From: Takakia lepidozioides
Lineage: Eukaryota > Plantae > Bryophyta
Direction of reading: 5' to 3'
DNA: 64,000 bases
Assembly: GCA_030704615.1 (NCBI GenBank)
Contig: CM060734.1
Coordinates: 63,364,001-63,428,000 of the forward strand
Positions within the stretch are counted from its first letter, which is position 1. Each line of letters starts with the position of its first letter. This document shows positions 37,122 to 50,400 of the stretch, piece by piece. Under the pieces are notes generated by a model that was not told the origin of the DNA, searched no databases, and saw nothing but the letters and a program-made list of their open reading frames with translations. Both the position numbers and the translations under genes were made by a program.

Positions 37122-38346
37122 TGTTAGAGGACTGTAGGGGACTTAGACACTTATACGGGATCTGTAGGGTACCCTTAATTTTGCACAGACTGAGACCAAC
37201 AGGAGCCTTAGGGGTGACAGCAGCGCACTGTAGAGGGGGGTTACACAGTCGTCACAGCCGACACAGCCCGTCACAGTCGTCACAGCCCACACAGCCGACA
37301 CAGCCGTCACAGTCGTCACAGCCCACACAGCCGACACAGCCCGTCACAGTCGTCACAGCCCACACAGCCAACACAGCCCGTCACAGTCGTCACAACCCAC
37401 ACAGCCAACACAGCCCGTCACAGCAGACACAGCCAACACAGCCCGTCACAGCCCGTCACAGTCGTCACAACCCACACAGCCAACACAGCCCGTCACAGTC
37501 GTCACAGCAGACACAGCCCACACAGCCCGTCACAGTCGTCACAGCAGACACAGCCCACACAGCCCGTCACAGTCGTCACAGCAGACACAGCCAGTCACAG
37601 CCCGGCACAGCCCACACAGCCAGTCACAGCCCGGCACAGCCACACAGCCAGTCACAGCCCGTCACAGCCCGACACAGCCAAACACAGCCAGTCACCGCTT
37701 GACACAGCTGTCACGATAATAGGGAACGAAGAGTAGGACAGGGAACGACTGTGGGGAACAACACCTGTAAAGGGAACATGTTAGTTCACAGACGACGGTT
37801 AGAGAGGGAAACGGTTAGAACCGCGGATAGGAGGATAAAGGGAGAAACGGGGAATGAAGGGGGATCATCATTATTCGGAGGAGGACTTCGGAGTCAGGCT
37901 GGAGCGGAGATCGGAGGCAAGAGATGGAGAGCACGATGAAGGAGAAAAGAGGATTAGTAGATGCTTGTTATATGCAAAGCTGTAGTGATATTGGAGAGCA
38001 GATTAGAGACATAATGGCTTCGGCCTGATACCTGATAAATCATAATCTGATACATATACGATACAATCACACTGTGTAGAGAGATCTGAGAGAAGCTGTG
38101 GATTGAATGGATGAGTGAAGGAAACCGATAGATTGATGAAGCAAACTGATACTTAATTATCAATGCCAAGGGTAGCTAAGATGAATGCGGAAAGAGAAAC
38201 GCATAGGAAACACCCCCATGATACACTAGCTGTAGGTCATGACTGATTGTTCTGCGCGGGCTGAGTACTTAGAGATTTCCAACTCTTCTATCTTGGAGTT
38301 TCCGCCTCGGATAGCGAAGGGATGGGTGAGTAAAAGCCGCGCGACA
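37122..38346 (+). repeat. 3' LTR (1225 bp)
   Basis: TGTTAG...GCGACA; tandem array longer than in the 5' LTR. Confidence 0.95.
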
Positions 38347-38964
38347 GTAAGCTGCAATGGAATCCTACCTATTGTTTTGGATCTGTCATGACATCAGGCT
38401 TATGATCTGCCATCTGTTTTTTATACAAAAGAGGATGGATCTCGGCTGTTCATGCTGTTTGTTGGTACAAGTCTTGAACATGCAATCTGACAGGTTGCAT
38501 TCACATTCCCTTGATACCTTGTATGATCACATGTCTCGGGGTGAATACAAATGATATGGAATCTACTTCATCTGGCTCAAGTTGGACTGCTTGGTGGGAT
38601 ACTGAGATTCTGACAAAATGCAGGCTGGTCCTTATGCCTTGGCTGATGCATGACCTGCCATAATTAATGGCTGAATTGGTAAGCTGCTGGTATATGTACA
38701 GGCTGAACCAAGAGGCCTTGCAGCATGCACAGGGACAATAATATCTTATCTTGTCCCACACAAGAACAAACCCCGCCCTCCCACCCTGTTTTGTCTTGGA
38801 TGATTGGGTGGTGTCTTTTGGGATGATTTGACAAGACTGGAAATGTGAGATAGTGCCCTATCCAGGGCTATTTATGTCTTTAATTGACAATGACCCTTAT
38901 GGGTCTTGTCCATGTCTTGACATGACGTGAATATCTTCCCTCTCTCTTTTTAACTTTTTCAGCA

Positions 38965-39665
38965 GAGGGGTCAACTATGAGGTTAAGAAAACCATGCTTT
39001 GTCGCATTATTAGACCTGCCTTGGAGTACGGATCTGCAATATGGGTTGATAAATCTGACTTAGAGGCTGTAGTGTCCAAAGCCATGTCTGTTGCCATGAG
39101 ATTGTCTGATGAAAATGAAGTTAGGCAGAAAACTTCCCTGAACTTGTTTCCAGTCAGTGATATGGGGGAGGACATCTTGGATGACCTCATGGGTCTACCC
39201 ACTCTCGGCACTAGACTGAAATTTAAACTTAGGGCAGGAAGCCTACCTTTGAGCAGCAAATAGAAGCAGAGAGGAAAGAGAGAGTGCAATTGCCCGCTGT
39301 GTGGGCAATCTGAAGACAGTACTCATTTTCTGATACACTGTCCGGGGTTCGCTCACCAAAGAGACGCTCTCTTCAAATCTATCAAGGGAATTGTGCCTGT
39401 ACCTCTGTTTACCAATTTTGAAAGTCTCAAGGCTGAGCCAAAAGCCTAGGCCCTCCCGAGGCCTAGTTATTGGGCAAATCACACACAACAGTTTGATGCT
39501 TGTGTGAAGGGATTTCTAGAGGATATATGGAAAACCCAGATTAATTCTATATATGAAGGTAAGTCTTACTACCAACGTCAGCCCCTGATAGAGGCAGGTT
39601 CTGTCCTTTTTTTTTCCGCTCAAACTGGGCGCGGGGTCAATGGCCACAAGGCTATGGCAAACAAC
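38965..39665 (+). mobile_element. LINE ORF2 3' fragment with internal deletion
   Basis: IRPALEYGSAIW (post-RT thumb motif) followed by the CPLC...HFLIHC zinc finger. Confidence 0.8.
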
Positions 39666-39996
39666 GTCTTATGCGTACAATCTTTTAACTTTTTTTGCAC
39701 CCTCTCTCCCTTGTGGTTTGTTTACTTTTGTGAACAGCAAAAAAGAGAGGGAGGAAGAGAGAGAGAGAGAGGGAGAGGGAGAGAGGGACAGAGAGGGACA
39801 GAGAGAGGGAGAGATCATGAAACCAAAAAAAAAAAAAAAAATGGGGGGGGGGGAATGACTGAGCCCGTGGTGCTCAGTCACTCCCCCCCCCCCCCCCCCA
39901 CCTTTTTCTTTTCTCTTTGTTGCCCCCGACATGCTTGGTTTTTTTTGTTTTTGATCTGGAATGTTCCTAATGAGGCCAACTTGTGGGTGCCAGCTT

Positions 39997-42290
39997 ATGG
40001 GGAAAGAGAAGAAGTCCCCTACCCCAAAGAAAGGGGCGGACAATCTGTTTGCTCTACCGGCACGTGTGATGCGCCAGGGCGTCTCACGGCTAACCAGCCC
40101 CATCGACAGTTGCAGCCGGAGGGCTCGTCTGCCCCCTGAGGCCAGTACCCCCCCTCTTGTCCACATCTTGGATGCGCCAGGGGCCGGCTCAGCCAGCTCT
40201 CCTATTTGGGAGGTTGTTGCTGAGCCGGATGCTCAGTTGAGCACACCCCCGGCCACCAAGACGGGGTGAAATGTACGTTGGCAAGCACATCACCTGTTCG
40301 GGGCCCCGGTATGGGCACCTTTTGGATGTCACCCCCATAGCAACCCCTTCCTCCGTAGCAAAGGCTGCACTTGCCAAGGCCCAACGTCAGGTTCAAGGGC
40401 CTTTGAAAGCCTCCATTGCCAGCCCATTGTTGTCGATGAGGGAGGAGGAGACGAGGAGGGCCAATGAAGTGGCCAAGATAGCGAAGCGCCTTGAAGAAGT
40501 CAAGCCGGGTGAGGGCTTCTACCCTGATATGCATTTGGGGGGGGGGGGGGGGGGGGGGAGGAGAGGAGGAGGTATGGGCCGGTTCAGAGCAGCCTAGCCG
40601 ATCAGCGACACTGCCCCCTGAGCCTGAGCGGTCAGCAAAGAAGGGCCTGGACTACGGGGCGCCGCCGCCGGCTATGCTCCACATCTGGAATCTACTTCCA
40701 GTGGCGCTCCGGGAGGGGATAGAGCGGGCACATCCGGAAACGGGGACTCCTCCCACATCGTGTGACACCAGGGGCGAGTCGGACAAGCTTGCAAAGGTAC
40801 AACTGTCGCACCTTGTTCCATGATTTATCCTTTCCTTTGCATGCATGATTTTCTTTGTTGTTTGTTTCTTTTTTTGAATTTGGAGAGGTTATTTGTCTTC
40901 AGGAGGCAGCAACATGGCTGGCCTCATTGGTGCAGTCCAGAGGGGTTGCCAATGAGGGAGAGCACGTGGTGTTCATGAAGGACCCAAACACCAAAGGTAA
41001 GAAGAAGAGGCCTCGATCTCCCGAGATCCCTTTTACCATCAATGAAGGGACTGCCGAGGAGAGAGAGAGAAGGGAGAGGGAGAAGGAGAGAGAGGAAGTA
41101 GCGGGGAAGGGGAAAGAGATGGTCGTGGAGAAGGGGAAGGAAAAGAAGAAAAAGAAAAAGAAGTCCCGTGGAGAGGAAGGGGTGAGTGTGCATGCGGGGG
41201 AGGGCAGTGGGGTAACAAAGGAGCAGATGAAGGAGGCTACAAAGAAGGGAGAGGGTGGGATGGCCTTGGCGATACAAGACGTGGAGGTGACAAAGATCGT
41301 GGTGCCACCGGTGGAGGTGAATCGCCATGGTGACCCCTGCGGTGCGTTCTGGGAGGCTATGAAGAAGCCAGCCTTCGAATTCGCATTGAGGTGGTTCCCT
41401 TTGCACATCGAGTGGGCTGATCAGCACTTTGGCGCGAAGCGGGTGTATGCCCGTGAGTTAGACCGCCGGTTTCCGGGCAATTGGAGTGACACAAAGGTGA
41501 TGGAGATGGTGGGGCGAAACTTGAAGGACAGGAGGTACCGTGCCAGACAGATCATTCGGAGGGCAATGGAAAAGGGGGCCATACCCAAACCACCTTATGG
41601 AATTACACAGGTTGGAAAATCCTGAATCATGTCACCTTCCATTTGTCGCATGTGCATTAATGAGGTGGATTCGATGCAACGTATGTGTGTAATTCACTAA
41701 TTGTTGGGGGGGGGGGGGGGGTGCATATGTATCGTGGGATGCACTCATTGCGGGAGAGACTGATGTTGCAAACAATGCCAAATTTGACCGGGCACGCGAA
41801 GCAACAATAGTCCGCCTTGACAAGCACGAATCCACACACAAGTAGGGCGCCGGCGGATGCAAGGGCTTTATCTTGCGATTTGCAAGTTGTACTTCCCTAT
41901 GGATTTTGTTATGTCTTCTTTCTGGCTCCATCATCGCGAAGAACTGACTTTAATTTGTGGCATGTGTAGCAACGCGCGTTTGAGAAGAAGCCATCTCCGG
42001 TAGAGTACAACTACGCCAAGGAGCATGGTTGGCAATCCCTCATGAAGAACATGGCCAACACAGAAGGGATGAGTGCACTACACGGCACTAGTATGGATGA
42101 GGGTCATGCCCAGGGATTGGATGAGAGCTCTGTGGGACTTAGGGGAACACGCCTCATTTACGAGCTCTGGCAAAGGGCGCGGAGTCATCAGGCTCATCGG
42201 ATAGCTCTGAGTCCTCCACTGAGGATGAGGATGAGGATGAGTAGTCCTAGTCCATGTAGGTCTCAGGGTCAGTCTACTGAACCCTTGTGA
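39997..42290 (+). pseudogene. CACTA TnpA/Ptta-like gene (multi-exon, disrupted)
   Basis: VNRHGDPCG...W.DQ...K...RRYRAR...PKPP...SWDALI...H.*GAGG pattern; GT-AG intron ~40797-40902; lies upstream of the subterminal array and TIR. Confidence 0.65.
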
Positions 42291-42524
42291 GCTTTTCAGC
42301 TCATTTCTTGTAAATATATTTCCATATTTCCATCTTCCATCTTATTCATGTGTCGCACCGTCCTCACCCTCGATTCATGCTTGCTCAATTGTGTACCTGC
42401 TAACTCAGAGAAATTGAACTGTAAGTTCTCCCATCCCCAAATACAAAACCAGGAAAAAAACAAAAAACCACCCCCAATTCACCCCCAAAATGAACCCCCA
42501 ATCCCCCCCACCAGGTTGCCCTCG

Positions 42525-43197
42525 CGACTGCAGCACGTCGCCAATGGTGACGTGTTTTTTGGGCGGGGGTCGCAAGTAGCGACGGTCGGGCATCGCAAAC
42601 CCCATTGCGGGCGGCAACGCCCGACACCCCCTGCGACGTGTTTTTTAGTCCGGGGGTCGCAAGCCGCGACGCCCTGGCGTCGCGGAGACCGCCACCCTGC
42701 CTGCGCCACGTTTTTTTTTTTTATTAAATTTAAAACAAAAGCGACGCCGGAGCGTCACAACAACCCACGCTCGGGCGTGGCAGAGACCGACTCCTGCTGT
42801 TTTGTGCCATGTCCAATAGTCGCTTGCAGCGACGCACGGGAGTCGCTTGGCGTACCACCCGGCTGACTCCCGGGCAGGTTAGAAAAAAAAGAATGGGATG
42901 CGATGCCGCGCCGGCGCCCCCATCAACGCCGTCGGCTGGAGGGCCGCAACGGCGAGACGTCGCTCGAAGAGGCTCCTGCCATCGGCGCGGACGACCTGAA
43001 AAACCGACGTCCGGCAGTCGCGGGAGTTGGTGCGGGGGCTCGCGACCCCCATACGTTGCATTTTTGCGACGCCCTTGCGATTGCAGGGCGACGGCCGGGC
43101 GTCGCAAATTCTGCGCGTCCCGCGTGCCCGAAATGGGCATTTTCCCGACGCTGCGGCGTGGCGCGGGCGTCGCAAAGGCCCCCCTTTTCCTGTAGTG
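42525..43197. repeat. CACTA subterminal repeat array and right TIR
   Basis: Many GCGACG/CGTCGC units in both orientations; ends TTTTCCTGTAGTG. Confidence 0.85.
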
Positions 43198-46100
43198 ACA
43201 TTGACATGATGTTTAACTCTCTCCAGTAGATGACGTCACTCCTCAAAAGCATCGATGATTGCTATAAGTTCTTTGTCATGGATTTTATAATTGATCTGTA
43301 CAGCGAAAAATTTGCGAGAACGAAAACCAACAGGGTGAAGTCGGCCATCTGTACCGTATCGAGATAATATAGCGCCAAGTGCAAAGTCCGATGCATCTGC
43401 TTCCAAGAAGAATGGTTTAGATAGGTCTGCATGTACCAGTATTGGAGCCGTTGTAAATGTCTGCTTCAGCCTTTTAAATGCCTGGTCAGCCTTCTCGTCC
43501 TATACAAATTTGTCCTTCCCTGTGAGTCGTGTCAATGGTGCAGCAATTTTGGAGTAGTCCTTGATGAAGATTTTATAGAAATTTGCAAATCCCAGAAAAC
43601 ATTATACATCTCGGACCGAAGTTGGTTTAATCCACTCGATGATGGTTTGTATTTTCTTCTAATCTATAAAGACGCATTTATCGGAAATAATGTAGCCCAA
43701 AAATTCGACCTTAGATTGATGGAAAAAATATTTTTTCAACTTGACATATATTTCTCTTTCTCTTAATTTATCAAGGACAGGGCGTACATGACAGCCGTGT
43801 TCTTCTTCATTATGTGAAAATATCTAAATGTCGTCCAAATAGATGACTACAAAGTCATCTAAAAATTCTCGAAAAATGTCATTCATCATATGCTGAAAAT
43901 TTGCTGGAGCAGTTGTAAGACCAAAAAGCATAACACTGTATTCAAAATGTCCATACCTTGTTCGAAAAGCTGTTTTCCCTTCGTCTTCTCCTTTTATCCG
44001 TACAAGGTTATAAGCTCATCTCAAGTCAATTTTGGTGAAAATATTCGCTCGTCCCAGCTGATCGAGAAGCCCAGAAATCAGCGGCAACAGATAACGATTT
44101 TTAATTGTGACTTTGTTGAGACCGCGATAGCCTACACACATTCGTAATGATCCGTCATTCTTTTTCACAAACAAGATAGGCGCCCCCGCAGGTGATTTTG
44201 AATGTCGGATGAAGTGTTTTGACAAATTTTCATCATTGTATTTACGGAATGCAGCCAACTCCATCTGGGATAAGTTATAGATTGGGCCGAATGATGGTTG
44301 GGCTCCTTCTTGTAACTCAATTGCATAGTCATAGGGTCGATGTTATGACAATATGTCTGCATTTTTCTTCTCGAAGACATCATTGAAATCTTAATATTAA
44401 GTGGATAATGTTTAAGTACCTTTGCATTTCCCTGTTGTGGTCTTGATCGGAGTCGCATAAAGTGCAAATGCCGCATCATTTTTGGTAGCTCTCATGAAAG
44501 CTCTAGCTCCAAGGAACGGGGGTTGAATACCTTTGATATTTCTACATTTTTGTTTTGCAATTTTTTTTTGCGATCGCGAGTCGATGTCAGGATTCTGAAG
44601 TACGAACCAGGGAAGTCCAATGATCACAAGATTCATTGGAGACTGGATGACGTTGAAAACAATATGTAATGCTTGATATTTAAGCTTCACTTCAAGTGGT
44701 CGAGTTTTATGGTCAACATTCCCTGATGCTAACGGTCGTCCATCGATGACTTCAAAGGGGCCGATAATTTTTTCTTTACGAGCGTTAAATTACGGTGCTT
44801 CGCAAATTTTTTGTCAATAAAACATGCTGAAGCCCCTAAATCTAAAAGTGTTTTTACAAAGATCTCTCGATTTTGCACTCTGACTTTTACCGGAACTGTG
44901 AAGCAAGGTACAGGGTCTGGAGGTAGAAATTTTTGTGGTGAGGAATTTGTGGTGTTTAGCCGCATGGTCTCTACTGTGACTGAACATCTTCGTTTTTTGA
45001 CCTCCTCGTAACGAACACTTGAGTTGCGCCCCGAGCTTTGAATCTTTTCTTGTTGGGGCAGTTCATCGTTATATGATCTTCTTCTCCGCAATAGAGGCAT
45101 AATCCATTCGAGCGTCGTCTTTGTTTTTCTTGTGGCGTCAATGGCTTGAATCAGATAGCATCAATCTGCATATGATCACTACCGGATGTCTGATGGATCG
45201 TTGTGTTTGGTGCCATAGTAGCAGTGACATGGTGCGTCGTCGACCATCCAGATCGTTTCTCTTGACGTCTTTCGAATAAACGATTATCGCATGCAATGAC
45301 TTGGGTGATGAATTCGCTCAGTGTACTCACATTTGACATTGTCAGCAACAAATCTTTTACATCATCTTTTAACCCATATCGAAATTGACTAATAAGACTC
45401 TTTTCATTCCAGTCGAGGTCGCACGCAAGTTGTCGAAATTCGGCAGCATAAACGGAAGCATGACGTACTCTTTGTCGAAGATTTCGCATCTTTGTCTCTG
45501 CAACTCTCTCTCTATCATTCTCTCCAAACGTTGCAGTAAACTCGGACATGAACGCTTCAAAATTGTATAGTAAATTATGCAATTTTTTTTTCTAATAGCG
45601 GTGCAAACCAAGATAGGGGAGTGTCTGATAGAAGGGTGCCCACAAATCCCATTTGAATACCTTCATCGGGGTAACATTGTTGATATAGTTATAGGAACAA
45701 TCGTACTTGTTGAATAAAACCGCAAAATCTTGATCTCGTCCCATCAAATTTCTCGGGCATGCTGATCTTTGGTTATCTCGTAATCTGTTGAAGAGGAACC
45801 GTTGCAGTAGGAGCTGTTGTAATAGGGACTCGTATGGTTGCAGATCCATTGTTCGACTCTTTTAACTCTGAAATTTGTTGTCGCAACGGTTCCATGTGCC
45901 AAGTGAGGTGGCGAACCTCACTTGGGACGTAGAGAGGTTATCTCCATGTGAGACGTAGGCAGACTCGTCTTCTTCTAGTCAAGCCTCCCGAGGCCTCTCT
46001 CGTCGTCATAGCTCTAGTACTTGAGATGGAGAGTGGGTGAGGTCTGTATGATGGAGTCCTTTAGCAAAGGTGCCATTGGCTTGGCTTATATAACGTGATA

Positions 46101-46698
46101 GAGTGGGTTCACCTCTTTTTCACCATTTCTGTATCATTGTGGCGTGGCTTTCTAAGACTATATGCTAGGAAGTGTGGTTGGACAACGATGTATGTTGTGG
46201 CACGATGCTTAGGTGCACGACAAAGATCTTAGTCAACTAATGAGGGATGAAGTGTACAAGATCTCTGACATATTTGATTAGTAGGCTATGATTTTCAGTG
46301 TGGTTTGTAGTTTTGGTGTGGAAGTGTTAAAGTTTTCTCATTCATGTATTACACAACATCAAGAGAACCTTGAATCTCCGTGTAAGCTCTGAATTCAACC
46401 AGACTATGACATAACTTACACGGACCTAACATAAAAGATGACAATGTATAAAAAAGATGGTGTACGCGTAAGATCCCCGGCCCGTTTTTGACGTGACATT
46501 CTGCCAAGTAAGCTCCATGAAAAATACGAAGGGGAAAAAACCGTAGGTCTTTACAACGGGGCATAAGAGCCCAAGCCATCTAAGTGGTGTTGGTGCATAT
46601 TAATATAATATATAACACCTCCAAAAGGAAGTGTAAATTATGGTGTCTCTCGACCCCGAAGGGCTACTCCCTTCGAGAAGGTGGACAACTTTGTGACA
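43198..46698 (-). mobile_element. Degenerate Tcn1/Tf1-sushi-like chromovirus, 5' half (LTR?, gag, PR, RT, partial RH)
   Basis: Gag YAAEFRQLACDLDWNE...FRYGL; PR LLDLGASACFID; [26 protein letters not shown]; RH EADASDFALG...HDKELIAI. LTR limits (~46095-46698) are tentative. Confidence 0.85.
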
Positions 46699-47440
46699 CC
46701 AATTGGTGGATTGAACCCACAACCACTTGTGAGGTGGCATGTGCCCATTTCCAGTGGTCTACCATACAGATCTACCAGTATGTATGAGCTAACCTGAGTA
46801 ACTAGTGCGCACACAAATTGCTCTTCTTGCGCTCCATCAACGCCCCCACCTTCTTCCCTCTAGGATTGTGGGACGACACAGCCCTCTCTATTCTTTGTGG
46901 AAGGGCCGCTCAATTCCCAGACAGAACTTGAGCTTTCTCACAATGCAGAGATCATATTTTAGATTCAAGTCGCACTCACGAACCAACGCTTCTTTGGGTG
47001 CATCGAGAAGCACCACATTTCAGTCGGGCCGGTATGACACAAGACTAGCCTAGCTCTTCTCGTCCAGATCAAGGTCTAACTCTACCGGTGTAGATGGTGA
47101 GCTCGTGATAGAAGGTACAAGGCCAGCAGACATCACTCGCTCCGACGACGCGAGGAGACGACACATGTGAAGTTTGTCATTTGCTGGGAAGAGCAGTGGC
47201 AAGGCTATGAGAGCGGCGCGCCTTTCCTTTTGGTGACGTTTGGGTGACGGGAGGAGAGAAAGATGAGATGTCCTTGGAAAGGACAGAATGAAAGAGACGT
47301 AACAAGTGCAGCAGCAAATGATCGTTCACACCTATGCCTGATCCTTGAAGCTGGATGATCCCATGTATAGAGGTGCCTGCTGTTGCAATCCTTTCTTGCA
47401 TCGGGTTGCAATTTCTGCCTCTTCTCACTCACCGGCGGGG

Positions 47441-50400
47441 ATGGCAGCGTCTTCCCGCGTTCTCCTGCACGCGCATGCCGGCTCCATACGCAAGTCCCTG
47501 TCCTCTCGCTTTGGTCATCCGGGAAGCCTTGCGTCATGCAGCGGATTAAAGGGCTGGGCTGTGGAGCTGAAAGCGGCATCCCTCCTGCAAAGTGCAGAGT
47601 ACGGAGTCCCTTGCAAATGGTGGCTGTGGCGCCTTCGGAGATAACATTCAAATTAGGTGAGAACATGAAAGACTTCGGCGGCTTCCTTTTTTGGGGTCTC
47701 CTTGTGTTGTATGTATGCGCCGTGGGATCCAGGCTCGGAATTGCCTTTTGCGCAATTCAGCAGAAACGAATGTACTCTGGGCAAAGAAGCAAGAAAGCGC
47801 GTGGGACCTAATTGGTGTATCTGGGCGTAGGTGAACGATGGAGCATGGAATCGCGCTGGCAGGAGTTCCTTAAAGATCCTTCACAATGGTGGGACAGTAG
47901 CCTTGACAAGGTGAGCTTTCTTCATCTAGAATGAGAAGGAGTCTGAGGGAGTTTGACTGAACTCTGGTATGATCATAGTGAGTGCACTGGATTGTACCCC
48001 TAGTTGTTGAGTGAGGTTAAAATATCACTTTGCTCTGCAAAAACTGCTTTTACTATCCATGTCAGAGGTTGTTCTTACTGAGCAGGGCATGAAAGTAGGA
48101 TGGGCAGGTCCTTCCCCTGGAGTTTGCAAGGTATTTGGGAGGGTTGAGACTGATCCCTGGTCATTTTCACAGACCACTCCAAAATTGGCATAAGCTGGTT
48201 TAGCATATATGTGAGTTTGGACATGTTCTTATGTTCCTCATTGTGTAGAGTCCCATGGAGGCCAAACTGACTGGCATGAATGTTGTTCCTCCATCTGTCA
48301 AAATTCTGATGCTGTCGGATTTTCGGGCACAAAGGTCTACTGTGGAGCATGGAGCAGAGCTGGCATGAGTTTTTTACAGATCCTTCACAATGGTGGGACA
48401 ACCGCAAGTGCTGCAAGGTCTGGCTTTCTTAACATAGGGTGCAAAGAAGTTTGTCCATCTTGCACTATGTGGGCTCTTTGTGTGAGTGTTATGATTTGGT
48501 TTTTTCCCTGGTGTTACAAGGTCCTTGGGAGGGTCAGCTTAGTCTTAGGAGGCCAAGTTTAAATCTACAGCTGCTCAGCTGCACTGTGGTGGTTCTCCTT
48601 ACAGACCAATCCAAGATCACCCGACTACAAACACAAGCAGCACACACAAGAGGTCCTTTCGGGTTGATGGTCGGTCGAATCCTCCATGGGTGAAAGAAAA
48701 GCTAGCTGCTTTCATGACACAAGGTCAAGGACAATGTGGTGAGGGCACCTTCCTCAACACATTTCAGCCTGTTTTGCCCTCTAATGGGAGTAAACCCTGA
48801 TTTTTCATGTTGAATTCTGCAAGTAAGCTCATTGGGTGGATCTATATGGTGGTTTGAAGTGATTTTGACATGTTACTGCCACTGTGGCAGCAGGAAAGTA
48901 TCCACAAACAAATAACAAAGACGAGAAGCTTCGGAATGAATATTTTTCTGACCCCAGTCAATGGTGGGACAATCGAGGCAAAAAGGTGAATGCCTGTTAA
49001 ATTACAGAGAAGCAGACAACTAGATGCAATGCAAAACGTTGTTGGAAATTGTCAATCTCTCTGTCCTCAGCACATTTTTGAAGTCTTGGGAGCAATTCAG
49101 TATCAGAACTAGTGTGAGAAAAGTAAGGGTGTTTGCTAGAACAAATCTAGGTCACATTTGTCAGCTGCTAGAGCAGGGCAAGGATCTAGACATGATCTGT
49201 GCAGAGGCAGGGACAGCTGAAGGAGCAGGGAGGGAGTGTGGGTCCAGATCCATCCAGGGCAGCTGGATTTCAAGCACAAAATTACCTATGATTCCCTATG
49301 GATTGATAGCTACAAGAAACCTCCACGGGTAGATGGTCAACTGGAATCAGCAGCGAAGTTGATAAAATTTGGAACCTCGACCATGACCACAGCTTCCAAA
49401 AGAAGACCAAGAGAGGGAGTCCACAGTGCCTCTTCTGGCACTTGTGTGCATGTGAGGATGCTGTGTGAGGCAGGGCGACTGAAAGAGGCTCTACAGACTT
49501 TAAACCAAGGAGGCATTTCCGCAGATTCAGAGACTTATGTCTGTCTTTTGCATAAGTGCATCAAGGTGAAAGGCCTGGACGCTGGAAAGCAGGTGCACGC
49601 TCACATTATCCAAAGTGGATTTAAGCCAAACATCTTTTTACACAACACCCTTGTCAACATGTATGTTAAGTGCGGGAGCATGGTGGATGCTCACCAAGTG
49701 TTCAACAGAATGCCTCAACGATGTTTGATCACGTGGAATATAATGATGGCAGGATTTACCAAGCATGGGCGTGGTAGAAATGCTTTGGAGGCATATGAGC
49801 AAATGAGGCGGGAAGGGGTGAAGCCCAACCACATCACGTTTGTTTGCGTTTGCAATGCATGTGCGAGCCTCAAAACCTTGGAAAAGAGCAAAGAGGTTCA
49901 TGGTGAGATCGTCAAAGCTGGAATTGTACCAGATGTCATTCTGAGCACTGCCCTGGTGGACATGTATGCCAAATGCCGGAGCATGGAAGATGCGAAGGGA
50001 GTGTTCGACAATATGGCTGAACGAGATGTGGTGTCGTGGAGTGCGATGATCGCAGGATATGCACAGCAGGGGCGTGGGATGGAGGCTTTGGAGACCTATG
50101 AGAACATGATGCGGGAAGGGGTGAAGCCCAACCACATCACGTTTGTTTGCGTTTGCAATGCATGTGCAATCCTGGCAGCCCTGGAAAAGGGCAAAGAGGT
50201 CCATGGTGACATCATCAAAGCTGGAATTGTACCGGATGTAGTTCTGAACACTGCCCTGCTGGACATGTATGCCAAATGCCGGAGCGTTGAAGATGCAAAG
50301 CGAGTGTTCGACCATATGGCCGAACGAGATGTGGTATCTTGGAACGCAATGATTGTGGGATATGCACAGCAGGGGCAAGGGATGGAGGCTTTGGAGACCT

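Larger units (their letters stand above)
24729..38346 (+). mobile_element. Full-length non-chromovirus Ty3/Gypsy LTR retrotransposon (Phygy/Selgy or Athila-Tat-like) with extra ORFs
   Basis: LTRs TG...CA at 24729-25867 and 37122-38346; imperfect TSD GGAAG/GTAAG; PBS, PPT and gag-pol present. Confidence 0.95.
1..43197 (+). mobile_element. Large CACTA (En/Spm) element, right part; left end presumably upstream of the window
   Basis: Right TIR reads CACTACAGGAAAAGGGGG on the minus strand, ending at 43197. GCGACG/CGTCGC subterminal arrays at 42525-43180 and 14495-14730. TnpA-like gene present. It truncates a Gypsy RNase H exactly at 43198. The leftward extent is inferred. Confidence 0.65.

Noticed and set aside
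42348-43252. Cluster of overlapping ORFs
   Set aside because: GC-rich CACTA subterminal repeats; no coherent protein.
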